Assembly: GCF_018977255.1 (NCBI RefSeq) | Contig: NW_024704743.1 | Location: forward strand, 72,790,001 to 72,854,000 | Direction: 5' to 3' | Source: Callorhinchus milii | Lineage: Eukaryota | DNA: 64,000 nucleotides | Part shown: positions 26,105 through 40,287 of the stretch, in pieces | Layout: every line of letters begins with the position of its first letter | Position numbering within the stretch: position 1 is the first letter of the stretch | Made by a program: the position numbers and the translations under genes | Notes under the pieces: generated by a model | What the model saw: the letters and a program-made list of their open reading frames with translations, nothing else | Told to the model about the DNA's origin: nothing | Databases searched by the model: none

Positions 26105-26540
26105 AACAAAAACAAAAACATGCAATTATATAGTGCCTTCAGGTAAGATAACATCTTGGGAGCTCTTTTCAACGATGGGATTGAATGTCAAACACACAAG
26201 AAGGTAAAAGGAGAGATTGAAAGAGGGAGATAAACATAGACACAGTTAAAGAGGTAGATTTCAAAGTGAGATTTAAAGACAGATCGAAGAGGCAAGACGG
26301 AGGGGTAGACAGACCAAGCTCCAGAGGTTAGGTTCATAGACGTTGAAGGTTCAGCCACTGTCGGTGGCACAGAGGGATTGAGCAGAGGAATGGGGAAGGA
26401 GAAGATCAGATAGGTAGGGTGTCATGGGATTTATAGGTGAGGATCTTGAAGTCAATCCATTGGGAGCCAAAGAACCAGTGGAACCTGGCAAACACTGGGG
26501 TAATGTGTGTGTGGAGGTTAGTGCAGATGAGGATCCAACT
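26105..26540 (-). mobile_element. Old L2 3' fragment
   Basis: gaggatcttgaagtcaatccattggg...ccagtggaa and a degenerate tail. Confidence 0.75.
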
Positions 26541-28354
26541 ATATTTTATGCATGATGGAGCTAAATTCAATAACTGGAGGAGTTAAACTCTTTGTTTAGT
26601 TAAATTATCTGTATAATGAGTCCTCAGTATTTATAATTTCCCCCAGTGATGATTGCTTTTGTTTTGTTCTTGGCAACAGGAACATATGTAAAAGAAAATA
26701 ACAAAAATCTTACCCAACATTAGCACTGTGTGAAAATCAATATGTGCCAAAATAACAATGTACCACAGAATTATCAAGTCAGTGTCACGCTGATTATTTC
26801 AACCCAGTGCAATGTTTTCTGAGAAATCATTGCTCAGCTATAAATATCCAAATATGATGCACTTTCATGGACACAAATGATTACATGACAGTTGTAATTA
26901 ATGAGTGTTTCCATAAAAATTGTGTTTTCAAGGGTAACAACTTATAATTTAAGAAATCACAGTGTTATTGCATGCTGTATCATTCTTGCTAAGAATACAT
27001 TTCAGAATCTATTACTGAATTCCCCCATTAGCATTTCCTTTACCTACTGAATTTAAAAATATGAGGTGTGAAAATAGAAAATTAAATGATCTGTAGTCTG
27101 CTTTGCTCTGTTGTCGCCTACTGTATCTATTCAACACCTCAGTCAATCATAGAAAAATGAAACCTGTTCACAATTTCCTAGCTTTGTCACATAAAATCCC
27201 TGATTATACTAGCTGAATGGGAGTACACAACTCTCATTTCCCAGTATTCCACCAAGAACATTGTTCATTTCCCAAATAGCTAACCATGACTGGTTGGTTC
27301 TCAGCCCTTCAGTTGGGCAAAAAATGTCAAAATCAAGTGCTTCTTCTCAGTTTCCTTTTGGTTGCTCAATTCAAGAAACTTCAAGCACATTACAGTTCAT
27401 CTAATTCTATTCATTGCTGTTGCCACACTAACTTCAGCATCAAATAACTTGCTTTTAGTTAAGCTTGCTTCACTTTCAAGGCCTAGATACAACTTTGCCC
27501 AAAAGGAGCTCACCAATTATATAACACGTAATTCCCATCGGCAAAGCTACACTTGNTTTTTTGGAATGCAANTTTTTTCTCTTTGGTGCAATCTGCTCTC
27601 TGATAATGAGCTCAAAACTAATTGCCTGCTTTGTTATTACTTTCAATTAATTGCTCTGCAATATTTTAGCATGTTTAACACAATGGGCTGAGCAGCCTTC
27701 TTCTATACTTTAAATTTCTAAAAAAAAATCCCAAACATTTTGTTTATCATGCCGCAGCCTACTGTGTGCAAGTTATGGGCTATTACTCACAACGATCTTG
27801 GAAATTATTAAAGTGCTCTAGACATTGGAAATGATATTGCATCTTTCCAATATTTCTGGTCCCACTTTGTTAAACATTCTTAAACACTGAGTGAGAGGGG
27901 ACAGATGTCTGGGTCTGTCCATCTGCCACCTTGAGCTCGTCACCGGGAGTCTTGCAGAATCAACTTGGCCAAAGCCTCCCCTCCACGTGAGGGAAACACC
28001 GGCTGTCACTAGGCACTTTCCTCTGACAATACGCCAGAAATCAGAAACTTGGGGCAAACACAGCCATAGCTGTTATTCTACCTTCCATAACCGCCCATAC
28101 TCTCCATTACTGCGATGCACAACATTATCATCAGGCTGTTATGGAGACGAGATTCACAGTTGTTGATTTTTTTCCTTTCCTCTTCCAATTTCATAGTCAC
28201 CCCATAACCACACAACATATATAGCCGAGAGAAGGTAATTTGCTTGCTCCGGATAGAACATGCTATATCACCCTTCTCCCACTTTTTAAAATAATGATTT
28301 TAACCAGAATTGTAGCTAAGACCTCCAAACTAAAGTAAACTCAGCTAAAACAAT

Positions 28355-28505
28355 AGCATAGGAACGGAGGCCATTCAGCCCCTCAAGCCTGTTCCACCAT
28401 TCTATAAGATCATGGTTGATCTGCATCTCAACTCCCTTGCCCCATATCCCAAATTTATCTACCTCATTTTGAAAATTTTAATGTTTGAATGGATCCAGCA
28501 TCCAT
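28355..28505 (-). mobile_element. CR1 3' end fragment
   Basis: ataggaacggaggccattcagcccctcaagcctgttcc, same type as the 15968 copy. Confidence 0.7.
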
Positions 28506-28597
28506 GCCAGAACTTCCAATTGCTTTTTAATATTATTAAAGAGAAATTTGCATGATTGAATTACATTGCCCAAATTTTCTAAAGAAATGACACTTAC

Positions 28598-28692
28598 TTG
28601 CTCTTTCCTTTATATACCGTGGCATAGGATCCTTCTCCAAGCTTTTCCAATTTTTCATAGGAGTCAGCCTTCCCAAATTTGGGGCTTGTTGG
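28598..28692 (-). CDS. CDK14: CDK14 coding exon (equivalent to human exon 4), 95 nt, kinase Gly-rich loop
   Basis: Translates [31 protein letters not shown](K); acceptor tttcattttccag|CCA, donor AA|gtaagt; in frame with the previous exon; not in the ORF track. Confidence 0.97.
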
Positions 28693-29647
28693 CTGGAAAA
28701 TGAAACAAAAAATCATATCAAAAAGCGATCCAATTTTTCTGATATATAAACCATTCAATGGACAAGATCAATTGCTTGTCCTTTTGGTATGGCACATACT
28801 TTTGTGTAGACATTATTAACTTTGATTGATACAGTTTGGATTTACTCGACATAGACGTGTGTAAATGTGATCTTTTATCCATCACTTCCAACATATATTG
28901 ACAGTGAAAAGTCAAAATTATCAACAGAGAATTGTGTGCATTTAACCTGCTACCTAAAGGTACCTGAGATTCAGGTGGCTTACATAAAAGAGCAACTTAA
29001 ACCAGTTGATTTAATTCATTCTAGACTGTATTATATTTTTCGATGCCCAATACCATTTGCATCTGTGGCGCCAGATTGTTCATAGTTTCTTTTGTATTGA
29101 AGTCTGAATATCATTTCTCTCCAACACTGTTTTAGTTACAAGTAGTTCAAAAGAGAGATGGTTACCTAATAACTGAAAATGTTTCAGCCAACTATTCATG
29201 TGTTTCAACTTGGAGCGAGTGATAGAGCACAAAGGACTGTTCAGTGCTCTCTGTTAGAGAGAGGTCGATACAAGATCATCTTCATTAGGAAATTACCAAC
29301 ATGGTGGAAATGAAACTCAAAACGCTTTGGCAAAGAACATTGAACAAGTTGCTTGGATCAGAGTCATTTACTATTTTTAAAGTTTAATAGGGAATTATTT
29401 AAGAAAAAGAAATTGTGTTTTTCACTTCACTTGAGTTGCCTCTGTGTTCCAGTTAGGCAACGTGATCAGAACACTAAGTACTACGAAAGATCACAGATGT
29501 GGTTTTGGAAGACTTACAGTAATGTTATACATCTAATTAGAGCAAGTTGAAATACAAAAGCTTTTTAAAGAAGAAATTAGGTCTTGTACTGAGGCTGAAA
29601 ATTGTACATGTACTGTTCATGTTATAATTAACTTAAAGACAACACAC

Positions 29648-29762
29648 TTTCGCCCACAAATATCCAGTCAATTCACTTTACAGTGTGTTCTGTGAAGCGC
29701 TTTGGGATGTCATCCCAACGTGAAAAGCGCTATATCAAATGCAAGGATTATTATTATTATTA
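29648..29762 (+). mobile_element. SINE 3' fragment
   Basis: ttcgcccacaaatat...gaagcgctttgggatgtcatcccaacgtgaaaagcgc...(ATT)n. Confidence 0.9.
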
Positions 29763-30319
29763 GATCAATTTTAATGATTGTAACTGAGATAGATTTTTAT
29801 ATTTCAACTATCCATTAGATAAGTCACCCATATACCAATTATTTTACAGTGCAGCAAGGCACAAACTTTAAGAAATACTCTGCAGACTAAGACACTCTAA
29901 CATAAAGAGTTGAGGTTGACAATCCTAGTCAATGACTAGAAAAACAATAACGTTCTGAACGTGTCTGAAGTTAATACTACATAAAAATGAGAGATAATGA
30001 AATCATTGAAAACTAACAAATCGATTTTTCTTTAACAAAGAAAACAATTTTGAGGATCTATTTTTAGGTTAGATTTTTCATAAGTACACAAGACAGCATG
30101 ACTGAGTCCAGAAAGATGTTTCACCAAAGCACAATCACTTCAGCCCTCTCATCGGGGCTCAAATGTGTTACAGACTTAAAGACAAAGGTCAACTTTCACC
30201 CTCTAATGGTGTTGAGACTCGCAAGTGAAACACATATTACTGAGCCCAAATCCAGTGCTCAAGGGTAATTCAGGAATAGCTACACATCTGGCAAGGGCAA
30301 CACCACAAATGAGGTCAAG

Positions 30320-30815
30320 TTTGTCAGTTTGGTTTAATTGGTAGCAATATTGCCTCTGGGTCAAAAGGACATCCGTCTGATTCTGACCACCAAGACTCAA
30401 GCTTGTAATCTAGAGAGGTATTCTAGTGGTGTACTGAAAGAATGTAGCATTGTAAGAGGCCCTGGTCCTGCTGTCGAACAGTTAAACCAAAGTTTCATCT
30501 TCCTGTTCAATCAGTTTAGGTGAATGTTAAAGATCCCAATATACTATTTAAAAGAGGGAATTCCTGACTACTATTCATCCCTCATCCACATTCACCAAAA
30601 GGAACATAATTTTTAGTTATTTATTTTACTGCTATTTCTGGGATGTCGCTAGCACAGATTGGCTGATATCCTGCCTATATGGTTATATCACTTCAATATA
30701 ATTAAACAAAGTAAAAGTTGTTGTACTCCTTAAAGCATCCCTTAATTTCCAGCGCCTTGGGATGTCCTCCAGACGTAAAAGGCGCTATACAAATGTAATT
30801 TTGTTGTTGTTGTTA
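30320..30815 (+). mobile_element. Old Deu-type SINE followed by an L2 tail fragment (30745-30815)
   Basis: Degenerate head and body; ccagcgccttgggatgtcctccagacgtaaaaggcgc...(TTG)n. Confidence 0.6.
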
Positions 30816-31054
30816 ACTTATTTAAGGGATGTATTAAGGAACACCAGAAGGTGACATCCCTTTCCAGGTAAGTGGTTCGCTCTTGTCAGGGTTGCTTGTG
30901 ATCCTGAGGTGAGAGTGTTCTTATATAATAAATGTTAGGTCTACATTGTGTTGTAGGTTGTTTTTCTTGTTTAATATTGCTTTCCCAGTGGTGATCTGCC
31001 TTGGAGAGTTAAATACATGCTATTCTAGCCTGGAAAATGAACTTGCACTGCTTG

Positions 31055-31065
<11 letters not shown>

Positions 31066-31086
<21 letters not shown>
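31066..31086. repeat. (CA)n microsatellite
   Basis: acacacacacacacacaca run. Confidence 0.9.
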
Positions 31087-31159
31087 GACTGACTTGCATA
31101 TACATCTGGAGAACACAGCTGCTCTGTTTAGAGGATGAACTATCCTCCAAGGACAACTG

Positions 31160-31398
31160 ATAATAATAATCCTTGCATTTGATATAGCGCCTTATCACAT
31201 CTTCGAGACATCTCAAAGCGCTTTACTGTAAAGTTAATTGACTATATATTTTGTGGGTGAACCACGGCAGCCAACTGCATACAGTAGTCTCCCAGAAACA
31301 GTCATGGATTGCCCAGTGTTTCGCCCTGCCGGGAATTGAACCCGGATCTCGATCTTGGCGAAGCGAGTGCTCTAACCACTGAGCTGCAGGACTCCACA
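31160..31398 (-). mobile_element. SINE with internal deletion
   Basis: Head and tail present, middle missing. Confidence 0.9.
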
Positions 31399-31735
31399 AT
31401 GATATTCAAATGAACAGTCCAATTATTCCACATCTTCTGAATCTTTACTGTTTTACATAGAAATATTTGCTCCTAGACAGTGATCAGCCATAGATGGCAA
31501 TCAGCCATCTAGATTCTGCGTCAGAAAGTTATTTCAAGTTCAGAAGGCTGTACATTCAAGTCCCAAATCAGGACTTTATCTTATAATCGAAGCTAAACAT
31601 ACCAGTGCACATACCAAGGGTGCACTGCATTATCGGAGGTGTTGTCCATTGGAGGAGATATTAGACTAAGACTCTGTCTGTCTATTGGATATTAAAGATC
31701 ACAGTTGGATCATGATTGGTTGTGCATTCTCAATA

Positions 31736-32803
31736 AAAACAACAACATTACATCTGTATAGTGCCTTTCACGTCGGGAGGACATCCCAAGGCGATGGATA
31801 GACAAAGTTTCAGATGCGAGCTTGAGATGGGTCTTGAAGGAGGCAAGGGAGAAGGTGAGGCGGAGGGGCTGCGGGATGAAGTTCCAGAGAGTGGGGGCAG
31901 AGTGGCTGAAGGCCAATAGTGAGGCGGGGGACGTGAAGCAGGCCAGAGCTCTCTGAGCGGAGGGAGCGAGCAGAATGGTAGGTGTTTAGGAGGTCACAGA
32001 AGTAGGGGGGAGCAAGGCCATGGAGGGCTTTGAAGGTGAGGACCAGGGTCTTGACCTGTATCCTCTGTGTGATGGAAAGCCAGTGGAGTAGGGAGAGGAT
32101 GGGGGTGATAGGGTCATGGAGCCTGGTGCGGGAGAGGACATGGGCTGCAGAGTTCTGGATGATCTGCAGCCTGTGGAGGGAGGAGTTGGGGAGGCCGACA
32201 AGCAATGAGTTTGCACAGTTGAGCCTCAATGTAAAGAAAGCATGTACGAGGGTCTTGGCTGCCTGCGATGTGAGACAGTGGCGGAGCCGGGCGACGTTGC
32301 GGAGGTGAGGGAAGGCAGAGTGGGTCATGGCGCAGATGTGGGGTAGAAACAATAGTTGAGGGTCAAACAAGACCCCAGGGTTCTGGACTGGCTTAGTAAG
32401 GTGGAGTGTGCAACCGTGGATGGTGATTCTGTCAGCGCCTGAGGTGAGGAGGTGCTGACAGGAACCAATCAGGAGAGCCTCGGTCTTGTTGACGTTCAAC
32501 TGAAGAAAGTTAGCTCTCATCCAGGACTCGATGTCTGATAGACATTTTGGAGTCAACGGTTGAGGCAGAGTTGGGTGTCATCCGCATACATGTGGAAGTT
32601 GATCCTATGTCTGCGGATGATGTCACCAAGAGGGAGCATATAGATATTGAAGAGGAGGGGACCAAGGAATGCTACACAAAACACTACGGGGGCAAGAGGA
32701 GAAACCATTTGTGGAGGAGAAGTGGAGTCAGTGTGAGAGGTACGATCTGAAGTATTCATGGATATAGCCGTGAAGGTTGAGAGGAGAGGAGAGGCGGTGG
32801 ATG
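31736..32803 (-). mobile_element. L2 LINE 3' fragment with RT core
   Basis: [20 protein letters not shown]...YADDTQL and a 248-aa ORF2 C-terminal piece. Confidence 0.95.
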
Positions 32804-35800
32804 TGAATAAATCAATAAATGGAAATAAACTTGGGATTTCTGTGTTATATTGTGAGGGTAAAGAAATATAGGGATATGTAATCATTATTACCAAATACTG
32901 TACTTCAAAACTTTCACTGCCACCATTTATATTGATTCAACTGAGTATTAGTCCCAGGGATTCCTTACATTTTACTTAGTTTTATGGCAGGCTCTCATTA
33001 TGAGCTTGACTCTTTGAGTCTTGTTTTTTCTTTGTTGTTCTCATATGCTATCAGCACATAGAACTGTTAATTCCAGCATTAAAGGATTTTTTAAAAACAT
33101 GCTGTCAGAAGAAACGATCTTTAGGCATAAGTCATTATCCTTTTGGCACAATGTACAATACAAAGAAATTTGTACACAGCATTCAATGTCATTTTTCTAC
33201 CATTCCTGTGAATCACAGCTTCAAAGTGAACCTCAATTGAAAATTACAACATAATATGAGTTTGACCCAATAGTTGCCTTCAGAACAGTCTGGTTCTCAT
33301 GCATTTTGCATCACCACAAATCAGTTTTACTGTTACAACATTGGAAACTTCAACAAAAATCAGTGCCTTGCTCCAGCCAGTGAGTGCTCAACACAAAGTC
33401 ATGAGGTTTTCTCTAGAAGTCAATGACAAATGCAAAAAGGAAACATTAAATAAGAATCAAAAGTAGATAAGCTTTCTTCAAAATAAGTAAGACTTATTGT
33501 GTGTAATTCTTCAGCAGTTCTTAGTATTGCAATAAGCGTCAAGGCTTTTAATTTTGTACTGGGAAGTGGTGTAGGGCAATGGAATTTTAATTAATAAATT
33601 TCCGATCGGTCATATAAACTGGAGTCACTAAAAGCAGACTGGCAGGTTTTCATTAAATTAAATGGACTGATGCATCATTCAACATTACAATGTTCAGTTC
33701 ATACCAAAAACTCTTCAATATTATAGAACCTCAGACATGTCTATAATTCCAGAATGGACCTAACCTTTAAATGTCACATACAATGAATGACACAATAATA
33801 ATGTAAGGCAATTAAACTGCTCAAAGCAACACGTTTTTAAAGACAATAAATGTAGAAACAAAAAAATGCAGTACATTATAGAAAACCAAGTACACCACTG
33901 TACAATACTGTGAAAGCATAGTTGTAAGATAGTCAGAAAATGATCCCTAAGAGGCTAACACCCTGGCCACCACCGAGCCTTCTCCTGAGCTGTTCATCGG
34001 TGGGAGTCACCACATCTAAGTTTCCTTTACCAATACTCACATCTACCTGGGGTCCCTATTCTGTGCAAATGAATATTGAGAACCAGTGAAACTTAACTTT
34101 CTCTACTCATTTGTACTCAAATGTGCAGTAACATTGCTTTGCTCTTAATTACCTCTTATTCTGTATACAGTAATTCCCCATTAGATCACACAATTTGCAC
34201 ATAAAATAATGTGTTAAAAATGTGTGTGACATGACAAAGGTCCCAAGCACTTAAACAGTCAAGCCTTCACTCAAACTCCAGTAAAATTATTAATTACAGT
34301 CATACCACTTTACAATAAATCCTGTGAAGCATTTTGAGACATCTGAACAACATGATGAGGCCCAATATTAAATTAAGGATATTATTATTATTATTAGCAC
34401 AATTACTGTGCCATTAATTCTTCTACCTAACTCAAATTCCAAAGATTCGCTCAGGCTGGTACAACAAAGTTGCTCTGCTTATAAGAGCCACTGATTAAAA
34501 AACACAAATGAATCTAAGCTTCCACGCCTATGGTCATCTTCCCCCTTATCTCTCTTCACTCTCACCCCTCACAAATAAAGCCCCCAGCTCGGGTGCAAAC
34601 CCTTAACTGTCCAATGCCTTGGTACATCCTCCAGAGGTGAACGGTGCTCTGTAAATATAATTATTTGTTGTTGTTGTAAGCCTGTAAAGAAGATACAAGG
34701 GGGAGAGACTGTGAAGGTGGATATGAATACTTTTGGGGCATTATACAAGCCTAGGCTAGATACTGTATTTAGCTTTTCCCATGTAGCCCAATTGTATTCA
34801 TTCTGTCAGGAACTTCCTTGTATCTCAACAATGTTAAGAGATTTTATTTTGAAACTGACATAGTTGAAGCCAGACCTCAGAGATTATGTTTTGGATGTAA
34901 TTTACAACCACAAAGGAAGGAAATAAATTCACTGATGTTTGAATCCAGAATTGGAACAGACAGCAAGGGAGAAAGTATATATATATATTTTTAAACTAAG
35001 AAATATTGGTGAACATCCAAGCCCTACAAAGTGGGACAGAAAATAAAATAAGTCAGAGATGAGTACTTTGGGGACATCAAAGTTTAAAAGGGGTTCAAAA
35101 GCCTCAACATATTAGGAGGAAAGGAAGATTGAGGTCAAGGAATGATTTCCAGTCTTGAGGAAGTGGGAAATACTGAGTTTAAGAGTAGGATTCTTGCTTT
35201 GCAATGCTTAAAAACATTTAAAATAAAGGTACATTTAATATGTGTTGCTAACTTCAGAACCATTTCTCACAGTAATGGAGAGCCAAAGTTGCACAGTAAG
35301 ATAATTTATCATTAAGAATTCCTTTGGGCCCTGTTAAGTAAACTAGAACAACAGATCATACACGGATGAACCCACAATCAACAAAGACCCACAACACGAT
35401 GAGCACCAAATACAATTACAAATGGGAATTGATCCAAATTGGCAGAAAAAATAAATTTAACACTGCCAAAATTCAGAAGACCCTTCAAGAAAAATACTGA
35501 CTCTCATGCTCTAAAGGATTTTACCAATTCTGTGCATGTGAAATATTATACTATTGGTAAGGAGTCAAAAGTTTACTTTATCTGCATGTTTAAACCTCTG
35601 GTATCTATTACTAGAAGAGAATAATTACATCTTCTTTATTGTTAAAGATATTCAGTTTCTTTAATGCGCAATTAACCTGCCTCATTCCTGACGAATGAAA
35701 TTGTCATTCATTGTTAACCATTATATCAACCCTTTCTCGCTACAATTTTTCATTCCCACAAACAACCATTTTACAGATGGATATTAGACATGATATGATT

Positions 35801-37359
35801 TCAAGACTGATTCATGTTTTTGCTTTGATTGCCATATTTAGAACCAGCAGAAAAGTTCAATGAGGCAATATCAATAGGATACAAGTTTCAGAGAATAATT
35901 CTGCTCAGATAAATTTCCCAGGTGCCACGCATCTATATTCGATCCAACTTCCATTAAACCTATCCTTAATAGGTTCTCCCATTCAGGGATTATTTCTCTG
36001 CTTTTTAATTCAAAGCAGGTATTAAAATTCATATATTTTGTACCTGCTGCATGTCACTTTAGGTGTCCAACCTGGCTCAGCTCATATTACTCTTGCCTGT
36101 GTTAATATTCTATAACAGTTCTGGGGGATGTTTTGTAAATGTGCTGTCCTCCAGAGGAGACATTTAACCTAGTCTGCTTATTTAGCAATAAAAATCTCAC
36201 CACCCACCATGGGATTTGTACTGTGTATAAATTAGCTACCACCTTCGCTTCCAAAATACACAGTCTATACATTTTACATTAGTAAACCTTATGAAGCACT
36301 TTAAGATGTCCTCCCAACATGAAAGACAGTAAATCAAATGGAAGGATTGTTATTATAAAAAGAAAAAAAGGAAAAATAAAGAACATCTCTAGGTATTCTG
36401 GACAACAATCCACCAATCAATTGATCATTCACTAATTTAATAATGTCCAAAGTGCCTTTTGTGCCATTTTGCTGCAAAATCAGTCACTGCACCTGACAAT
36501 AATTACTGTAAAACACTTCAACATGATAAGGTGCTTATAAAAATGGAAGCAATGCAATGTTTTAAATATTCCAATACCATTTTTTCATTTTTATGTGCAT
36601 CACGTGTGTCACAAGTATTTATCATTTTTATATATCATTAACTTTATTCCAAGCCATTATTCAAAAATAAGAGAACCTAATAAACATTCATTTTTATTAA
36701 TTTATCATGTAAACATCCACAACCTCGGCAGTGTATCGTTCTTGTAATTGCACTTTAGAAATATTTAGAAAGCAAACATTCTGACATTCCAACTGCAAAT
36801 ATACCGTGCAAAGCAATTTATCACGTATCCTTAAACGTGCAATCGCAAACAATCTGATAAATTCTTTAAACGCCACTTCACTTTCTCAGTTGCTTCAGTA
36901 AGCCACTTTGTATGATGTTTTTTGCTCTCTTGTGTAAATCGGCTTTGATGCTCTCTGTTGGTGCTTTTCTATGTAGCTGTGCTCAGCTGTTATCAGTCCA
37001 TAAGCAATGCCTTGAGTTCCTCTTTACACGGCATGTCCAGTGGCTGCAGCAGATCAGAGCATCAAAGGTAAATTTGTTCTCATAAGAGTTTTGAAACACT
37101 CTGCATTGCCTTGGTTCTGAATAAGTACAAGATTAGTATAGTGGGTAAATCCTTTGGTAGTCTTTGAGATGCTTTAATGTTCTTGATGTTGCTGATGTAA
37201 TAGTACTCAGTGCTCTCTGCATTGTCGTTTTCAATGAGGCAGAAAGGGTTTAAAGTAAATGGGTTCACAATTCCAAAACCGATATTTCCACTGAGCTGCC
37301 CCAACCTACTCAGCTCCACTCAACATTGCATGAAATACTGGAGGGTAGATTCAATTTAT

Positions 37360-37719
37360 GATAATAATCCTTGCATTTGATATAGCGTCTTATGTCACAA
37401 AGCTCTGCACAAAATATACTGCAAATTGAATTGTCTGTATATTTTGTGGACGAAATGCAGCAGCCAATTTCGCATTACAGGGTCCCACAAACAGTCGTGG
37501 ATTGAGTGACCAAATTATTATTATTATTTTTTGAAGGGATTGTTACCCCGGAAAAGCAATCCGCCAATCGACTAACAGACGGATTTGGAATTGCTACTAA
37601 GTAAACAGCGGCGTGTGGAGTAAGGAAACTTGCCTAAAGATTTGTCCTGTCGTGAAACGAACCCAGGTCCTCTCGCTTGCAAGACGAGTGCTCTAACCAC
37701 TGAGCTACAGGACTCCACA
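37360..37719 (-). mobile_element. tRNA/Deu/L2-tail SINE, long form
   Basis: Full head through tail. Confidence 0.93.
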
Positions 37720-38305
37720 TTTTAGGCTTCTCAGCGTGAGCATTTAACTTTGCAACATGCTCTGAACTTCTGGGTATCCTGTGCACTCCTTAGGTATGTT
37801 TCAAGCATGTGAGGTTTAACATACCCAGCTTTAATTAAAAAAGCCAGCTTCACGTGCAACTTCAGGGTCATCAGATTGCTGATGACATCACTTTCTGATC
37901 GTCACATGCTTGAATAATATGTGCAGAAAGTGTTATTCCTGGTTTGCTGCACGTGCATCATGCACAAAAAGTGATACAGTAAATCTACATGCATTAAGTC
38001 TTCTCTTTATAAACAGTACAATAGCCTCCATTCAGTGTCCTATCAAAATCACTTAGATTTCTTCGCCCTGTTATGATCTCCTAACTCATAACGCTGCTCC
38101 CTTATCCTCCAATCCTCCCGCACTAACCTGCTGCATTGAATTGCAGGAAATTATGTCCTGACCCGTCGGCTGCATTGAATCGCGGGAAACGCATTGATAT
38201 GTCGACGCAGGCGCAGAAGAACTTCAGTTTGCACATGCGGAGTGGATGGGGTCCATAGGGCAACCGCGTTATAACCAAATTTATGCTATAAAGAAATACA
38301 ATGTA
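37720..38305. mobile_element. Possible degenerate Tigger-like MITE
   Basis: Right end cgcgttataaccaaatttatgctataaag...tgTA; internal tcagggtca/atcactttctg/gcagaaagtg motifs shared with the 53661 element. Confidence 0.35.
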
Positions 38306-39329
38306 CCACATTATATAATGTCCAGTAGCTCATCGTGTAAGAGGTAGGATCTCAGAACTTCTTTCTGTGTTTTTGGCGACTGCTGACGCTGGTTTATTTT
38401 GCCCTGCACTCGACAATTAAAGAGTTGACTCTGGAACCAGAACCTGTTTGCCACCTGGTTCTTAGTGCAAAAAGGGGCTGATAAAGTACAAATAGTGGCA
38501 CTTAACATCCAAACCATGAGGTTCAACGGCACGGGCAATTCGCCCAAAAATGACAGGACGATAATACAGAATTAGCCTCCTGCAGCACTTTGTGCACCTG
38601 CCATGAATTGGTCATCACTTGCTTCATACTGAATGTACTCCTGGCGCATCGATTATTCTGATTTAATATTTTCCACACTACCATTCAGTACCATTTTAAA
38701 GCTTCAGAATAGCTCAGCAGGAATACATCACCCCTGTCTAAATGCAGAACAAATAATTTCCGCACATGAAAATATAACTTGTTTGCCCTATTGTAGCACT
38801 AAAGATTAAGAGTCTGACTGCTCAAGTGAGAAGGTTAATTGCAGTTATGAATAAGGAAAGTAATTGATCAAGGCATTCATTTGTCACTTTTTGAAGAATG
38901 GGATCTTATTAGCTGTGTTTTGTTTCTCCACAACACAATGAATGAGATCATAAAGTATTTCTGTCCATTTACTGCACTGCTGTAATCACCCTTGTGTAAT
39001 AGTGAGCCTGCTCCAACCAATATTAATCACATCCGTGAAATTAATTAATGTAACACAGTTAATCTCCTTTGTTTCCAACAGGCCAGGCAAATCATTCAGC
39101 TGATTTTCAGCCTCTATACTACCTTCAGGCTGCAAATTACATGGATATTTTGAACATTAATTTTCACAGTAAGTTAAAATTCACCACTAGACATAGGGTG
39201 CATGCTTACAGAGAAACAAAAGCAGACCAATGCTTCTAAATGAAAGTGATAAAAGCTATTGAATTTTTGGTGTTTTGCACTTTGAAGTAGTACCCAGTCA
39301 AAAAGGTAAGTTTTTTGGTAGAATTTAAT

Positions 39330-39695
39330 GTCAGCCAGAGAGAGGCTGAGATGGAGCAGTGGTCGACGGAGGGGGTGACAGAGTGTAGTAGCTGATGATG
39401 GGGTGGAGAGGGTGGGGCACGTGCAAAAGAAATAGGCCTGAGTGAGCCAAGCAGAGTGGGGAGCTCAAACAGAGAGGTGCTAGGGCGAGGGTAAGGACCT
39501 TGAAGTTGATCAGTGGGGAACTGGTTGAGCTTGACAAGGACTGGGGTGATTGACATGTAGAGTTTGGTGCCGGTGAGAATGTGGATGGCGGAGAGGGAGG
39601 GAGAGAGGGAAGGAAAGAAGGAATGAAGGGCTGAGGATCTAACCAAATTTCAAGGTTTTGCATTGGCTTGATGAGGTTAGTAGAGGGACCTGGGA
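39330..39695 (-). mobile_element. Old L2 fragment
   Basis: HILTGTKLYMSITPVL / INFKVLTL remnants. Confidence 0.75.
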
Positions 39696-40041
39696 GGAAT
39701 CACATTAACATCTGGATTACGTTTAGTGACATATAGTAGGTGACAAATCCCTGGAGTACTAGAAGAAAACTCTCCCACCCACACTCACCCAGCATGACAC
39801 CTTTCTCAATGGTCAAATCAAGAAACTGACCATGCATTAGACCTCCACCTCACTGATCTGTTAAACAGGATTTACTCTGAATTTTGCTCGATTTTTTAAA
39901 ATGAGAAATATTCATGTTTGAACAGAAATGTATTTATTGTTGGAATGCAAAGATATTTATTTGCAAACCATACCTCCGAAGGTCAAGACTTTCAATTGGC
40001 TATCAGCTTCAGAGTCCAAACAATAAAAGACAAGTACTTAC

Positions 40042-40287
40042 TGAACTAGGGCTGGAATGTCGCCTCAATTTTGGGGACTCTTTGCCAGCCGATGAGCTCT
40101 TGAAGTTAATGCACGCATTGTTCTCAGAATGGACTCTCTTTACTTGACTCACTGGTTTCTCAAATGGATCGAAACTGCTCTGCGTTCTTTGAACTCTGAC
40201 TTTCTTGTCCTCGGGAATGGTGTCCAGGGGTTTGATAACTGAATCCACGACCTGAGAGTTCCGTGTAGACATCTTTGCGACGCATAT
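40042..40287 (-). CDS. CDK14: CDK14 coding exon (equivalent to human exon 3), 246 nt, phase 0/0
   Basis: Translates ICVAKMSTRNSQVVDSVIKPLDTIPEDKKVRVQRTQSSFDPFEKPVSQVKRVHSENNACINFKSSSAGKESPKLRRHSSPSS, recognisable as the CDK14 N-terminal region; acceptor ttctttctgcag|ATA, donor TCA|gtaagt. Confidence 0.97.

Noticed and set aside
27818..28166. GC-richer block with short ORFs (possible transposase relic or enhancer)
   Set aside because: No convincing motif, termini or second copy
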